Shown here piece by piece: positions 10,130 to 20,307 of a stretch of 64,000 nucleotides of DNA (position 1 is its first letter; every line of letters begins with the position of its first letter). The stretch comes from Candidatus Dormiibacterota bacterium (GTDB taxonomy: Bacteria > Chloroflexota > Dormibacteria > Aeolococcales > Aeolococcaceae). The notes beneath the pieces are model-generated. The model ran no database searches. It worked only from the letters and a program-made list of their open reading frames with translations, and was not told the origin of the DNA. Where the stretch lies: NCBI GenBank assembly GCA_963709585.1, contig CAVPXI010000007.1:550024-614023 (forward strand). Direction: 5' to 3'. The position numbers and the translations under genes were made by a program.

Positions 10130-10939
10130 GTGCCACCTAGCATTCTCGCGGTCGCCAATCAGAAGGGCGGGGTTGGAAAGACCACCACCGCCGTCAGCGT
10201 GGGCGCAGCGCTCGCCGAGATGGGCCGCAAGGTGCTCCTGATCGACATCGACCCCCAGGCCAACGCCACGTCCGGGCTCGGCGTCGATCGGAGCCGAGTC
10301 GAGACGAGCATCTATGACGTCGTGGTGATGGGGCGCTCGCTCGCGGAGGCCCGGCTGCATACGGCGGTCCGCGGTCTCGATATCGTGCCGTCGGACATTG
10401 CCCTTGCCGGATCAGAGATCGAATTGGTCGACCTCGCCCGCAGGGAACGCCGCCTCCAGTACGCCCTGGAAGCTCTCGAGTCCGACGACGACTACGTGCT
10501 CATCGATTCGCCGCCCAGCCTGGGGCTGCTGGCGATCAATGCGGTGGTCGCGGCCGACGCGCTGCTGATCCCGATCCAGTGCGAGTTCTATGCGCTCGAG
10601 GGGCTTGGCCTGCTCATGCACACGCTGACGCTCCTCCGCAGAGAGCTCAACCCGGGGCTCAGCATCGCGGGCATCGTCATGACCCTCTTCGACGCCCGCC
10701 TCGCCCTCGCGCACCAGGTCGTTGACGAGGTTCGCGCGCGCTTCGGCGATCAGCTGCTGACCCCGCTCATCCCCCGCAACGTCCGCCTCAGCGAAGCGCC
10801 CAGCCACGGCATGCCGATCACCCTCTACGACCCCACGTGCCGTGGCGCGATCGCATACCGAGAGCTCAGCGCCAATCTCGATGCGCGCATCCGCGGCGGC
10901 GCCCTCCTCGCCGCCGCCGGGGTCCAGAGCCCGGCATGA
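10130..10939 (+). CDS. parA: Chromosome partitioning ATPase ParA/Soj
   Basis: NQKGGVGKTT, DIDPQANAT, QCEFYALEG, IPRNVRLSEAPSHG. Confidence 0.97.
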   Translation: MPPSILAVANQKGGVGKTTTAVSVGAALAEMGRKVLLIDIDPQANATSGLGVDRSRVETSIYDVVVMGRSLAEARLHTAVRGLDIVPSDIALAGSEIELVDLARRERRLQYALEALESDDDYVLIDSPPSLGLLAINAVVAADALLIPIQCEFYALEGLGLLMHTLTLLRRELNPGLSIAGIVMTLFDARLALAHQVVDEVRARFGDQLLTPLIPRNVRLSEAPSHGMPITLYDPTCRGAIAYRELSANLDARIRGGALLAAAGVQSPA

Positions 10940-11845
10940 GCGACTCGGCTCCGCCTCGGGCGTTCCGCCGCCGCGGCCTCGGCCGCGGGCTGGAGGCACT
11001 GCTCACCAATGAGGCCGAAGCCGAGGAGGGATCGCCGCTGATCAGCCTCGATCCGCGGACGGTCGCCCCGAACCCCGAACAGCCGCGGCGCGCGTTCGAA
11101 CCGGATGCGCTCGCGGCCCTGGGTGATTCGATCCGCCTGCACGGGCTGCTCCATCCGATCGTGGTTCAGCGCGATGGGGATTCCTACTGTCTTGTGGCCG
11201 GGGAGCGACGCCTGCGCGCCGCCCAGCTTGCCGGGATCGCGAGCATTCCAGCGATCGTCCGCCCGGCAGCGGAATCCAGCCGCCACCAGCTCGAGGTGGC
11301 GCTCACCGAGAACCTGCAGCGAACCGATCTCAACCCGATGGAGGAGGCCGCCGCGTATGCCCGCCTCTCGGACGCGTTCGGCCTCACCCACGAGGCGATC
11401 GCGCTCCGCCTGGGGCGCAGCCGGTCCGGCGTCACCAACGCGATCCGCTTGCTCGATCTCCCCGCGCCCGTCCAGGAGGCGGTTGCCGAACTCGAGGCTG
11501 ACCGCGAGCCACGCGCGGGCGTTGCTGGTGCTCCCCGTTGCGGCGGATCAGGAGGCCGTCGCTGCCCTGGCGATCGCCGACGGCCTGAATGTGCGCGAGA
11601 CCGAACGCGCGGTCCAGGAGCGGCTCACACGGGCGTCGGGGCCTGCTCGCCGGCGTGCGCCTGTCGCCGCAGCGCAGCAGCCCGCGCCCGATGACGCCGC
11701 GCTGCGACACGGCCTCGAGCAGGCGCTTGGCGTGCCCGTCCGCCTCCAGCGCCGCAAGGGCGGCGGCGGCAGGATCGTCCTCGACTGGGCCGATGAGTTC
11801 GACCTGGACGCGCTCTATCGCACCCTGGGCGGCCCGCCGCTCTAG
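10936..11845 (+). CDS. parB: ParB/Spo0J; apparent +1 frameshift at ~11489 (likely base-call error)
   Basis: GLGRGLEAL, PNPEQPRR, AGERRLRA, ENLQRTDL; C-terminal LTASHARALL continues in another frame; length is 3n+1. Confidence 0.93.
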
Positions 11846-11862
11846 AGGCGCCCTGGGCGGGC

Positions 11863-12495
11863 TCAGCCGACCGGGCGGTCAGCTGCTCCGGTGAACCGTG
11901 CTTCGGCAGCGTCCGCGTCGAAGTTCGCGAGAAACGCCTCGATGTACTTCGGACGGTCGGCCGGCTTGTAGTCGAGCAGGAACGCGTGCTCCCAGACGTC
12001 CATCACGACGATAGGCTTGAAGCCGGCGATGTTGCCGTCCTCGTGCAGCGTGATCCAGTGGTTGCTCAACCGGCCGGTGGCAGTGTCCAGGTAGGTCACC
12101 GCCCAGCCCACGCCGCGCATCCCGCCGATCGCGGTGAAGTCCTTGCGCCACGTGTCGATGTCACCGAAGGACTCGCCGAGTGCGCGCCCCAGCGCGGACG
12201 ACGACGAGATGCCGCCGCCACTCGCCTTTGTGAGGTTTCCGAAGTACCACTCGTGGAGGACCATGCCGTTGTACTCGAAGCCGAGCCTGCGGGTGATCTC
12301 CGAGTACGACGGATTCGAGGCCAGACCCTGGCCGACCTGCTGCATCGAGACCAGCTGCTCGTTCAGCAGGTTCGTGTTTTTGACATAACCGGCATAAAGT
12401 CCGAAATGGACTTCCAGGGTGTTGTCGGAGATGCCGGCGAGTCCGGACAGGTCGAACGTTCTCGTCTTGTACGGCGTCTGGGTCAGGAGGGCCAT
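11863..12495 (-). CDS. Fe/Mn superoxide dismutase (ChrC-like)
   Basis: H..LY.GYV, GMVLHEWYF, DVWEHAF metal ligands. Confidence 0.92.
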   Translation of the reverse strand: MALLTQTPYKTRTFDLSGLAGISDNTLEVHFGLYAGYVKNTNLLNEQLVSMQQVGQGLASNPSYSEITRRLGFEYNGMVLHEWYFGNLTKASGGGISSSSALGRALGESFGDIDTWRKDFTAIGGMRGVGWAVTYLDTATGRLSNHWITLHEDGNIAGFKPIVVMDVWEHAFLLDYKPADRPKYIEAFLANFDADAAEARFTGAADRPVG

Positions 12496-12577
12496 CTTGT
12501 GCCTCGTGTATGAACCGGGTCCACGGTCGTGGTGGCTCACATTCTGGCAGCGTGGGACGCCATCTCGCAGCGCGGGC

Positions 12578-14641
12578 TCAGCCGATCGGGGCGACGATAT
12601 CCACCGGTTTGTCGTAGCTCGTGTACGTGTCGATCATGAAGTGCCCGGGTGCGTCCATCGCCACCTGGCGAACGCGTCCGGTGGCGTCGACCCAGAAGGT
12701 GAACCAGATCGGCGTGGACTGCGAATTCCCGAAGCTCGCCACCATCGTCGTCGGAACGCCGTCGAGGATGTCCCGGCCAATCACATGGGCGTTGGTCAGC
12801 GGTCTGAAGTAGTCCCAGACGAAGTACGGCACAGCTGCGGCGGGGGAAGTCTGCTGCTCCCACGTCTGGCCCGGCCCGTTTTGCAGGTACTGGGTTGTGC
12901 CGATCCAAATGGTCGTGCCCGCGTTCCTGACCGTCCAGGTCGTCCTGTCAGGCGCAACCGACGAATAGCTTCCGCGGATCGTCGCAGTGCCCGAGTTGAG
13001 GACCTCGTTGTACTGATAGGCGGTCAGGGCTTTCATGACGGTCTCGACCTTCGCCAGCAGCGTGTCGCCGGACGGCGCGGGCAGCGACGGGATCGTGAAC
13101 GCGGCCCTACCCCCACCGCTGTTCAGCACCTCGACCGACACCGCATCGCCCGTCTCGATGTCGATGGTCGCCCGGCGGCAGGTGTCCCCGCAGGGACGCA
13201 GCGCCTCGTAGACGCCATTGACGATGATGTTCGCGGCGAGCCCTTGCGCCGAAGCAGTCCCGCCGATCGGGAGCAGGTAGACCGTTGCGAGGTTGGGACC
13301 AGGCAACCCCGGTGAAAGGCTGAGGCCGACCAGGTCGCTTCCCGCGGCGCCCGCCAGGGTCAGTTCGTCACCGCTGGGAAGCCCCACGGTCGGGGTGGCT
13401 GCGGCATCTTCGGCGGCCTGGCGCGCGGCCGTCGTCGGTGGTGTCGGGAACGAGGAGAGCAACGCGGCCGCCGCCACGACGCAGGCAGCGAGCGCGGCCT
13501 CGATGCGGACATGCGGCCGCTTGAGCCGCCACGCCATCGCCGAGAGCGGCAGCATCAGGGCGACCAGCGCCATCTTGACCAGCAGCACCCGCCCGTACGC
13601 CGTCCCGAAGAGCGCTTGGATCGACCCGAGCTGGGTGATGGCTTCGAGGCCGCCGGCTACGACAGTCGCCGCGAATGCCCCGAGCGCGATCGGCGTGAAC
13701 CGCGCCAGCAGGACGCGCGCCTCGGTCGAGCGCCAGCCTCCGCGGGGATGGAGCACGGCCAGCGCCGCGATGCCTCCGGCCCACAGGCCGGCGGCTAGCA
13801 GATGCACCGCATCGAGCCCGATGCCGTACCAGGCGGGGTCGACACCGGCTGCGTGGCCCGACGCGGCGAGCATGACAAGCGCACCCCCGAGCCAGACCGG
13901 AAGGCTTCGCCAGCCTCGGACGACGGCGACCAGGGTCAGGGTTTCGAAGCCGAGCCGGGCGATCAACGCCGCCCCGGAGAATCCGTTGAAGAACGCCAGA
14001 TAGTCCGTGAGGCTGTGCCCCCCGGAGCCGACGGTCGCCTCGGACCAGACGGTCACGAGCCCCGCAGAGAGGGCGACGCTCGAGGCGCGGAACCTCGGGC
14101 TCACCCACTCGAGCGTCGGCGATTGCCGGGCGAGCGTGCTGATGAGCACCTGGCCGGCGAGGAACAGCAGTGCTATGGCCTCGACCCATTTGACGATCCC
14201 GATCGCGATGTCGGAAGGCTGCGGGCCGGGGACGGCGCTAGCCGCAACCACCGACGAATCGGGACCGGCTATCCCGACGTCAAACGTGAAGTTGCTGCTG
14301 ATCAGATGGCCGTCGAAAGAGCTCACCGAGGTCCAGTCGACCGTGTAGACCCCGGCGGCGTTGGTGGCCATCGGGATCCGGATCTCATACGCGCTGTCAA
14401 CCTTGCCTGTCCAGACGTGCCCCGTCGGATCCGTCACCGTGGCGTGCGAGAGGGCTGGGTTCAGGGGCTGGGAGAAGTCGAGCGCTACGACCCCGGGAGC
14501 GGTGCCGAGATGGGCGCCGGCCGGGGGCGACGAGGCGCTGAGGAGCGCGTGCGCCGAGGCCGCGATCGGGATGACGAGGACGGCGATTACCGCGATCAGC
14601 ACTGCGGCGAAGCGGCGAACCCCCTTTGTCACGTTTCCCAT
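12578..14641 (-). CDS. CopC-CopD fusion copper protein with extra C-terminal extracytoplasmic domains
   Basis: Signal peptide then AHALLSASSP (N-terminal His) and DGH; CopD-like SGHA and HLLAAGLWAGG, YGRVLLVK. Confidence 0.85.
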   Translation of the reverse strand: MGNVTKGVRRFAAVLIAVIAVLVIPIAASAHALLSASSPPAGAHLGTAPGVVALDFSQPLNPALSHATVTDPTGHVWTGKVDSAYEIRIPMATNAAGVYTVDWTSVSSFDGHLISSNFTFDVGIAGPDSSVVAASAVPGPQPSDIAIGIVKWVEAIALLFLAGQVLISTLARQSPTLEWVSPRFRASSVALSAGLVTVWSEATVGSGGHSLTDYLAFFNGFSGAALIARLGFETLTLVAVVRGWRSLPVWLGGALVMLAASGHAAGVDPAWYGIGLDAVHLLAAGLWAGGIAALAVLHPRGGWRSTEARVLLARFTPIALGAFAATVVAGGLEAITQLGSIQALFGTAYGRVLLVKMALVALMLPLSAMAWRLKRPHVRIEAALAACVVAAAALLSSFPTPPTTAARQAAEDAAATPTVGLPSGDELTLAGAAGSDLVGLSLSPGLPGPNLATVYLLPIGGTASAQGLAANIIVNGVYEALRPCGDTCRRATIDIETGDAVSVEVLNSGGGRAAFTIPSLPAPSGDTLLAKVETVMKALTAYQYNEVLNSGTATIRGSYSSVAPDRTTWTVRNAGTTIWIGTTQYLQNGPGQTWEQQTSPAAAVPYFVWDYFRPLTNAHVIGRDILDGVPTTMVASFGNSQSTPIWFTFWVDATGRVRQVAMDAPGHFMIDTYTSYDKPVDIVAPIG

Positions 14642-14706
14642 GATGGAGCAGCGCCTCGCGGCGACAGATGTGGTGCGGGCGGATGTTCGCCTCATAATCG
14701 GGCCGA

Positions 14707-15486
14707 GTGGCTCAGGTACTCCCGCCCCCGGACGCGACCAGCGCGCCCAGTGCCTGGTGGCGAGGATCGTGGGTCCGCGACACCATCGAGGTGCTTCTGA
14801 TCGCGGTGATCCTGTATGTCGCCATCGCCTTTGCGCTGCAGACGGTTCGGGTCGACGGCCAGAGCATGCAGAACACGTTGCAGAACCAGGACCTGCTCCT
14901 CGCAAGCAAGATCTCGTACGACTTCGGCGGCAATCCGCAACGCGGCGACATCGTGATTCTCATCCCGCCGACGGATCCGACGCAGGACTTCATCAAACGG
15001 GTCATCGGCCTCCCCGGCGACACCATCGAGATCGACGGGGACACGAATCCCACCGAGGTGCTCCTCAAGCCGGATGGGAAAGGGCCGTTCCAGATGTTGA
15101 AGGAGCCCTACCTCCCAGAGGCGTGGAATACGCTCAAATTCTGCTGCACCTCGACCGGGATGGCTTCAACGTCCGCGCAGCCGCTCACGATTCCGGCCGG
15201 CGAGTACTTCGTGATGGGCGACAACCGCAATTTCTCAAGCGATTCGCGGGTTTTCGGCCTGGTGCCGCGCAAGAACATTCTCGCCAAGGCAATCCTGCGC
15301 ATCTGGCCGGTCGATCACTTCGGCGGACTGGGCTCGGGACCGACGCTCGAGCCGGTGACCAGCACCGCACTCGCGATTCCCGCACTCGCGATCGCCGGGT
15401 TCGAGGTCTGGCGCTGGAGGCGCAGGCGGATGCGGCGGCTGGCTGCCGCGGACCGCGGGCGCCTGCGCACCGACCCCGCCGAGTAG
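14707..15486 (+). CDS. lepB: Signal peptidase I
   Basis: GQSMQNTL (Ser), FIKRVIGLPGD (Lys), GDNRNFSSDSR. Confidence 0.95.
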   Translation: MAQVLPPPDATSAPSAWWRGSWVRDTIEVLLIAVILYVAIAFALQTVRVDGQSMQNTLQNQDLLLASKISYDFGGNPQRGDIVILIPPTDPTQDFIKRVIGLPGDTIEIDGDTNPTEVLLKPDGKGPFQMLKEPYLPEAWNTLKFCCTSTGMASTSAQPLTIPAGEYFVMGDNRNFSSDSRVFGLVPRKNILAKAILRIWPVDHFGGLGSGPTLEPVTSTALAIPALAIAGFEVWRWRRRRMRRLAAADRGRLRTDPAE

Positions 15487-15499
15487 CGCACCGGTCGGA

Positions 15500-15955
15500 T
15501 CAGCCGTTCACCCACGCGGCGTCGACGCCGCTCCACTCGATGAGCTCCGCGGGTTGAAAGAACAGCGCAACCTCCTCGGCGCCGCGCCCCGGCAAGTCGC
15601 TGCCGTGCACCACGTTATTGCCAATGCTGACTGCAAGATCGCCGCGAATGCTGCCCGGTGCGGCCGCGGATGGGTTGGTCGCGCCCATCATCGAGCGCAC
15701 CTGGGCGACCGCGTCGTCGCCCTCCCACACCATGGCGACGACCGGCGCCGAGGTGATGAAGTCGACGAGTCCATTGAAGAAGGGCTTGCCGCGATGCTCG
15801 GCGTAGTGACGTTCCGCGAGCTCGCGGTCGATCCGCATGAGCTTGAGCGCCACGAGGTGAAGGCCGCGACCCTCGAAACGCGCGATCACCTCGCCGACCA
15901 GCCGGCGTTGCACGCCGTCGGGTTTGACGAGGACAAGTGTCCGTTCGACGCTCAC
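15500..15955 (-). CDS. ndk: Nucleoside diphosphate kinase
   Basis: [28 protein letters not shown]. Confidence 0.96.
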   Translation of the reverse strand: MSVERTLVLVKPDGVQRRLVGEVIARFEGRGLHLVALKLMRIDRELAERHYAEHRGKPFFNGLVDFITSAPVVAMVWEGDDAVAQVRSMMGATNPSAAAPGSIRGDLAVSIGNNVVHGSDLPGRGAEEVALFFQPAELIEWSGVDAAWVNG

Positions 15956-15980
15956 GGCGCGCAAGTCTGACAGGCGAGCA

Positions 15981-17255
15981 TCAGACCGCGATCGCCTTCT
16001 CGAACCGCGTCTCGCTGCGGAAAGGCCCGACCACGGCGGCGCGCAGGCCGGCGGCGAGCACCCGCGCGGCGAGATCGCGGACCTGGGTGGCGTCGACTGC
16101 CTCCAGCCGTGCCACCAGCTCGTCGGGTTCGACGATCTTTCCCTGGAGCAGCAACTGCTGCCCGGCGTACTCGCAGAGCGCCGACGTGCTCTCCAGCTGG
16201 AGCAATAGACGCCCCTTCGCGTATTCGCGTGCCTTGGTGAGCTCGGCGTCGTCAACCCGCTCCTCGGCGAGCTTGCGCAGCTCGACGACGGCGGCTGCGA
16301 GCGCCGTCGCAGCTTGACGCGGCTCGCACGCCAGGCCGATCCCCAGCACGCCCGTGTCCGACATGCGGCTCATGAATGAGTGCACGTCGTAGACGAGCGC
16401 ACGGCGCTCGCGGAGCTCGAGAAAGAGACGGCTCGACATCCCCTCGCCGAGGATCACGTTGAGAATGTCGGCCACGTGCCGGTCCGGGTCGTTGTACGAG
16501 GGTGCGCGTGCGCCGACAAGGATGTTCGCCTGCTCGGCGCTGCGCCGGATCACGCGGAGTGGCGGGCCCGACGCTGGGGTCGCCGGCAGGGGCGGCGCGG
16601 GCGTCGCGCGGTGTCCCGCGGCCCACGGCCCGATCGCATCGTCGATCATCGCCACGGCCTCGGCCGTCTCGAACCCTCCGGCAACGCTCACCACCAGGGT
16701 CGTCGGGAGCACGTGCCTCTCGAGGTGGCTGCGACAATCGCCGGCGGTGAACGAGAGGACGGTCTCCTCACGCCCGGCGACATCCCAACCCAGCGGATGG
16801 TCCGGCCACATCAAGGCGTCGAACGCGATCTGCACGTAATCCTGCGGATTGTCCTGGTACATGCGCAGCTCTTCGATCACCACCTGGCGTTCCTTCACGA
16901 CCTCGGCCTCGTCCAGCGCCGGGCTGAGGAGCATGTCGGTCAGGACCGACACCGCCAGACCGAGTTTCGCTGTGGGCACACGTGTCCAGAAGACCGTCGC
17001 CTCGCGATCGGTCGCGGCGTTGAGGACACCGCCGACGCCCTCGATCGCCTCGCTGATATCGCGCGCGGTCGCATATCGCCTGCCACCCTTGAACACCATG
17101 TGCTCGACGAAATGGCTGATACCGCTCTCTGAGTCGGTTTCGTAGCGCGAACCGACCGCGACCATGAACGCGATCGCGACGGACGCACGACCGGGCAGCG
17201 GGACAGCCGTGAGCCGGGTCCCCCCGGACAGGGATTCGACGTCGAATTCGGTCAG
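15981..17255 (-). CDS. M16 (pitrilysin) family zinc peptidase; probable CTG start overlapping the jag stop
   Basis: [15 protein letters not shown] inverted zinc motif, GMSSRLF.ELRE; frame open upstream of ATG 17165 to CTG 17255. Confidence 0.88.
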   Translation of the reverse strand: MTEFDVESLSGGTRLTAVPLPGRASVAIAFMVAVGSRYETDSESGISHFVEHMVFKGGRRYATARDISEAIEGVGGVLNAATDREATVFWTRVPTAKLGLAVSVLTDMLLSPALDEAEVVKERQVVIEELRMYQDNPQDYVQIAFDALMWPDHPLGWDVAGREETVLSFTAGDCRSHLERHVLPTTLVVSVAGGFETAEAVAMIDDAIGPWAAGHRATPAPPLPATPASGPPLRVIRRSAEQANILVGARAPSYNDPDRHVADILNVILGEGMSSRLFLELRERRALVYDVHSFMSRMSDTGVLGIGLACEPRQAATALAAAVVELRKLAEERVDDAELTKAREYAKGRLLLQLESTSALCEYAGQQLLLQGKIVEPDELVARLEAVDATQVRDLAARVLAAGLRAAVVGPFRSETRFEKAIAV

Positions 17256-18004
17256 TACGACCGCCCGGCTGACCGGCCCGAGCGGGCTCCTTCGAAGCGC
17301 TCCGGAGGACCGCCCTGGGCTGGACCGGTCGGATTGATGACCACGCGCCGCGCCGGTTCTCTGCCGGTGCTCTCGGTGGTCACGTCCGGATCGTCGGCGA
17401 GGGTCATGTGAATGACCCGCCGCTCATAGGCGTGCATGGGGTCGAGCGTGTAGGCCTCGCCGGTGCGCTTGACCCGAAGCGCAAGGCGAAGGGCCAGCTC
17501 GCGGACCTGGTCCTCGCGCCGGGCGCGGTAGCGCTCGACGTCGAGGATCACCCTGCGCGTCTCGACACCTTCCTCGCCGAGCATGAGATTGACCGCCGTC
17601 TGCAGCGAGCGCAGTGTCTCGCCACGCCACCCGATGAGCAGCCCGAGGTCGTCCCCCGCGATGTCGAGGATCACCGGGCCGCCGGTTGACGAGCCGGCTG
17701 TTCCCGTGCCGCGGCGGACGCTGACCCTGCAGGGCACCTCCATGCGCGTCAGCAGCTCCTCGAGGAGCGCCCGAGCGTTCGATGCGTGCTCGTCGATCCT
17801 GTAGACGCGAACCCGTCGTTCCCCAGAGGACAACCGCTCCCCCGGCAGCGACCGGCTCTCCGGCGACAAAACCTGTACCTCGACCTGGTCGCGGTTCGCG
17901 CCGAGTTGGGCGAGCGCGTTGCTCACCGCCTCCTCGATGGTCGCCCCACGTGCCTCGACCCCGTCTTCGGTCTCCACCTCGACCGCTGCCCTGCTCTCGC
18001 TCAC
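17252..18004 (-). CDS. jag: RNA-binding protein Jag/EloR (KhpB)
   Basis: Jag_N GATIEEA, KH LIGWRGETLRSLQ, R3H ERRVIH. Confidence 0.93.
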   Translation of the reverse strand: MSESRAAVEVETEDGVEARGATIEEAVSNALAQLGANRDQVEVQVLSPESRSLPGERLSSGERRVRVYRIDEHASNARALLEELLTRMEVPCRVSVRRGTGTAGSSTGGPVILDIAGDDLGLLIGWRGETLRSLQTAVNLMLGEEGVETRRVILDVERYRARREDQVRELALRLALRVKRTGEAYTLDPMHAYERRVIHMTLADDPDVTTESTGREPARRVVINPTGPAQGGPPERFEGARSGRSAGRSY

Positions 18005-18026
18005 CTCTTCTCCCACCGCGCCGCGG

Positions 18027-19127
18027 TCAGCGGCGTCGCCTCCGTCTATTCGGCCTGTTGGGTCGCGCCAGCGACCGAGCCGTCGCGCTCTGCGATCGCA
18101 CCGGCGGTTCCTGGTCGTCCACGACCGGCGTCGCACCATTGGCTTTCGCCGTCGCGCCGTTGGCCCCCGTCGCGGGCCGGCTGCGCGTGCCGTTCTTGCC
18201 AGTGCTGACCGAAACCGTGGTGCCCTTGCCGCCTCCCGCCTTGCCCGCGCCGGTCTTGACCGGCGTGCGCGGAATCGTCAGCGCGGTGACCCGTTTGGCG
18301 CCCGGGAACCACGTGGGAACCACGAGACCGTTCCACCCGAGCAGGTGGTATTGCTGCGCCACCATGAACATGGTCCCGGTGACCCAGTAGATGGCAAGCC
18401 CCTGCGGGAACAGGAAGCTGAACACGAAGATCATGACCGGGAAGATGAACGACATCTGCCTGGTCACACCCTGCATGGAGCGTTCCTGGTCGGTCATGTC
18501 CGGGCGCGTGGGCGGCATCATCATCCGCGACTGCGCGAACGTGAACGCGCCCGCGAGCAGAGGCAGGATGAGCAGGGCTGGGTGGGTCAGCAGACCGGCG
18601 AGGCCGGTGGATCCGGTGCAGCAAGCCGCTTGCGCGGACTTGGTCAGATCGGGGATCCACAGGAATCCCTTGTCGCCGGCGCCGAGTGTCGCGGTGACGG
18701 TCCTGATCGACTGATAGAGACCGATCAGCACGGGCATCTGCACCAGCGCCGGGATGCACCCGGTGAGACTGGAGAACGGGCTGATGCCGTGCTCCTTGTA
18801 GAGCGCATTCATCTCCTGGCTCAGCCGTTGCGGCTCCTTCTTGTACTTCTTGCGAAGCTCCTGCAGCTGCGGTGCAACCAGGCGCTGTTCAGCCTGGATG
18901 CGGCGTGACGTCCGCAGCTGCCAGCCGAAGATCGGGAACAGCACGGCGCGAATGCCGATGGTGAGCACGATGACCGCGAGCCCGAACGCGCCGATCGCCT
19001 TGAGCGGTCCGACCTGCGTGAAGAACTTCACGAGCTCCTGCAGCACCCATGCGAACGGGTATTGCAGGATCGAGAAGATCGACAGCGGGTTGAAGCCGGA
19101 CGAGGTGGTGGTGGTGGCGGCGATCAC
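18027..19127 (-). CDS. yidC: Membrane protein insertase YidC
   Basis: [32 protein letters not shown]; basic C-terminal tail. Confidence 0.94.
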   Translation of the reverse strand: MIAATTTTSSGFNPLSIFSILQYPFAWVLQELVKFFTQVGPLKAIGAFGLAVIVLTIGIRAVLFPIFGWQLRTSRRIQAEQRLVAPQLQELRKKYKKEPQRLSQEMNALYKEHGISPFSSLTGCIPALVQMPVLIGLYQSIRTVTATLGAGDKGFLWIPDLTKSAQAACCTGSTGLAGLLTHPALLILPLLAGAFTFAQSRMMMPPTRPDMTDQERSMQGVTRQMSFIFPVMIFVFSFLFPQGLAIYWVTGTMFMVAQQYHLLGWNGLVVPTWFPGAKRVTALTIPRTPVKTGAGKAGGGKGTTVSVSTGKNGTRSRPATGANGATAKANGATPVVDDQEPPVRSQSATARSLARPNRPNRRRRRR

Positions 19128-19408
19128 GCGGCGCTCCCCGGTTGGGTCGCGTCGCGGTGCACGCGCCGGGCCGCGCGCCAGCTGATGTACGTGTCGGGCA
19201 CCGGGTCGATGCCTCCCTCATGGAAGGGATGGCAGCGCGCGATCCGGCGTATGGCGAGCCACCAGCCGCGGCGCGCGCCGAAACGCTGGATTGCCTCGTA
19301 GCCGTAGTGCGAGCAGGTCGGCTCGTACCGGCACGCGCTCATCATTCCGAAGAGAGGGCCGATGGTGACCTGGTAGATGCGGATGAACACCAGGCTGACG
19401 CGTCTCAC
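19124..19408 (-). CDS. yidD: Membrane protein insertion efficiency factor YidD
   Basis: [24 protein letters not shown]. Confidence 0.95.
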   Translation of the reverse strand: MRRVSLVFIRIYQVTIGPLFGMMSACRYEPTCSHYGYEAIQRFGARRGWWLAIRRIARCHPFHEGGIDPVPDTYISWRAARRVHRDATQPGSAA

Positions 19409-19752
19409 CTAACACCCCTCGGCTGGGTCGATCGCGACGCCGAGGTGAGCGCCGCGGCCAGGGCCGCCCGGAGGCTCAGGAACGGCATCTCGGTGGCGCG
19501 TCCCGGAAGGCTCACCACCACGTCGAGCCCGGGATGCTCCATCAGGACCGGGGCGATGGCGGCGCGCAGCCGGCGGCGGGCACGGTTCCGGCTCACGGCG
19601 CCGGTGGCGCCGGGCACGGCGAAGGCGACCCGCGATGCCGCGGACTCTCCGGGAAGCGCGCGCACTCGAACGGCGCCCGAGCGTGCCTCGCTCCCGGTTT
19701 CCCGCACCGACGCAATTCGGCGTCGCCCGGGAAGGCGATGCCGCCGGTTCAT
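19405..19752 (-). CDS. rnpA: Ribonuclease P protein component
   Basis: [13 protein letters not shown] (RNR motif); position between rpmH and yidD. Confidence 0.88.
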   Translation of the reverse strand: MNRRHRLPGRRRIASVRETGSEARSGAVRVRALPGESAASRVAFAVPGATGAVSRNRARRRLRAAIAPVLMEHPGLDVVVSLPGRATEMPFLSLRAALAAALTSASRSTQPRGVR

Positions 19753-19895
19753 CGCGTGGGAGCCGGAGTCAGGCGCTTGCGGCCTTTACGACGGCGTGCC
19801 TTGAGCACCTGGCGCCCGCCTGGCGTCGCCATACGTATGCGAAAGCCGTGCGTCTTGCGCCGGTAGCGCTTCTTGGGTTGGTACGTCCGCTTGAT
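19749..19895 (-). CDS. rpmH: 50S ribosomal protein L34; start position reads ATC
   Basis: [41 protein letters not shown]; GGGGAG SD just upstream of ATC. Confidence 0.95.
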   Translation of the reverse strand: MKRTYQPKKRYRRKTHGFRIRMATPGGRQVLKARRRKGRKRLTPAPTR

Positions 19896-20154
19896 GGCCG
19901 TCTCCCCGAGACCTGGATCGCGTCGGGGGCGCTCTGGGCGCCGCTGAGCCCGACGGGGTTGCTTCGCGAGTATACCAAGGCAGCGGTCGACCGCCCCTCC
20001 TCCCGAAAGTTGTGGTCGCGAGATCACTGCACGGTGGTGCGCTCGCTCCACTTGTGACCGGGGCCGCGCATTGTTAAACTCCGCACGCTGCAGCGGGAGC
20101 GGGAAGCCCTTCTTTTCGTCCAACCAAGCCCCCCGGCCACCAGCGGCCATGCAT

Positions 20155-20185
20155 TTATCCACCGATGTGCACAAGTTGTGGATAA
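20155..20185. promoter_or_regulatory. DnaA-box cluster upstream of dnaA
   Basis: TTATCCACC 20155-63, TGTGCACAA 20166-74, perfect TGTGGATAA 20177-85. Confidence 0.8.
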
Positions 20186-20307
20186 CTGCGCTGTTATCGG
20201 CAGGCCAAGGCGAGGAACGAGTGGATCGAATAGTCGGTGTCGGCGCCGTCGAAGATCAGACGCCGCGCGTCGAGCCCATCCTGGAGAGTGGGAACTCGAC
20301 CGCGAGC

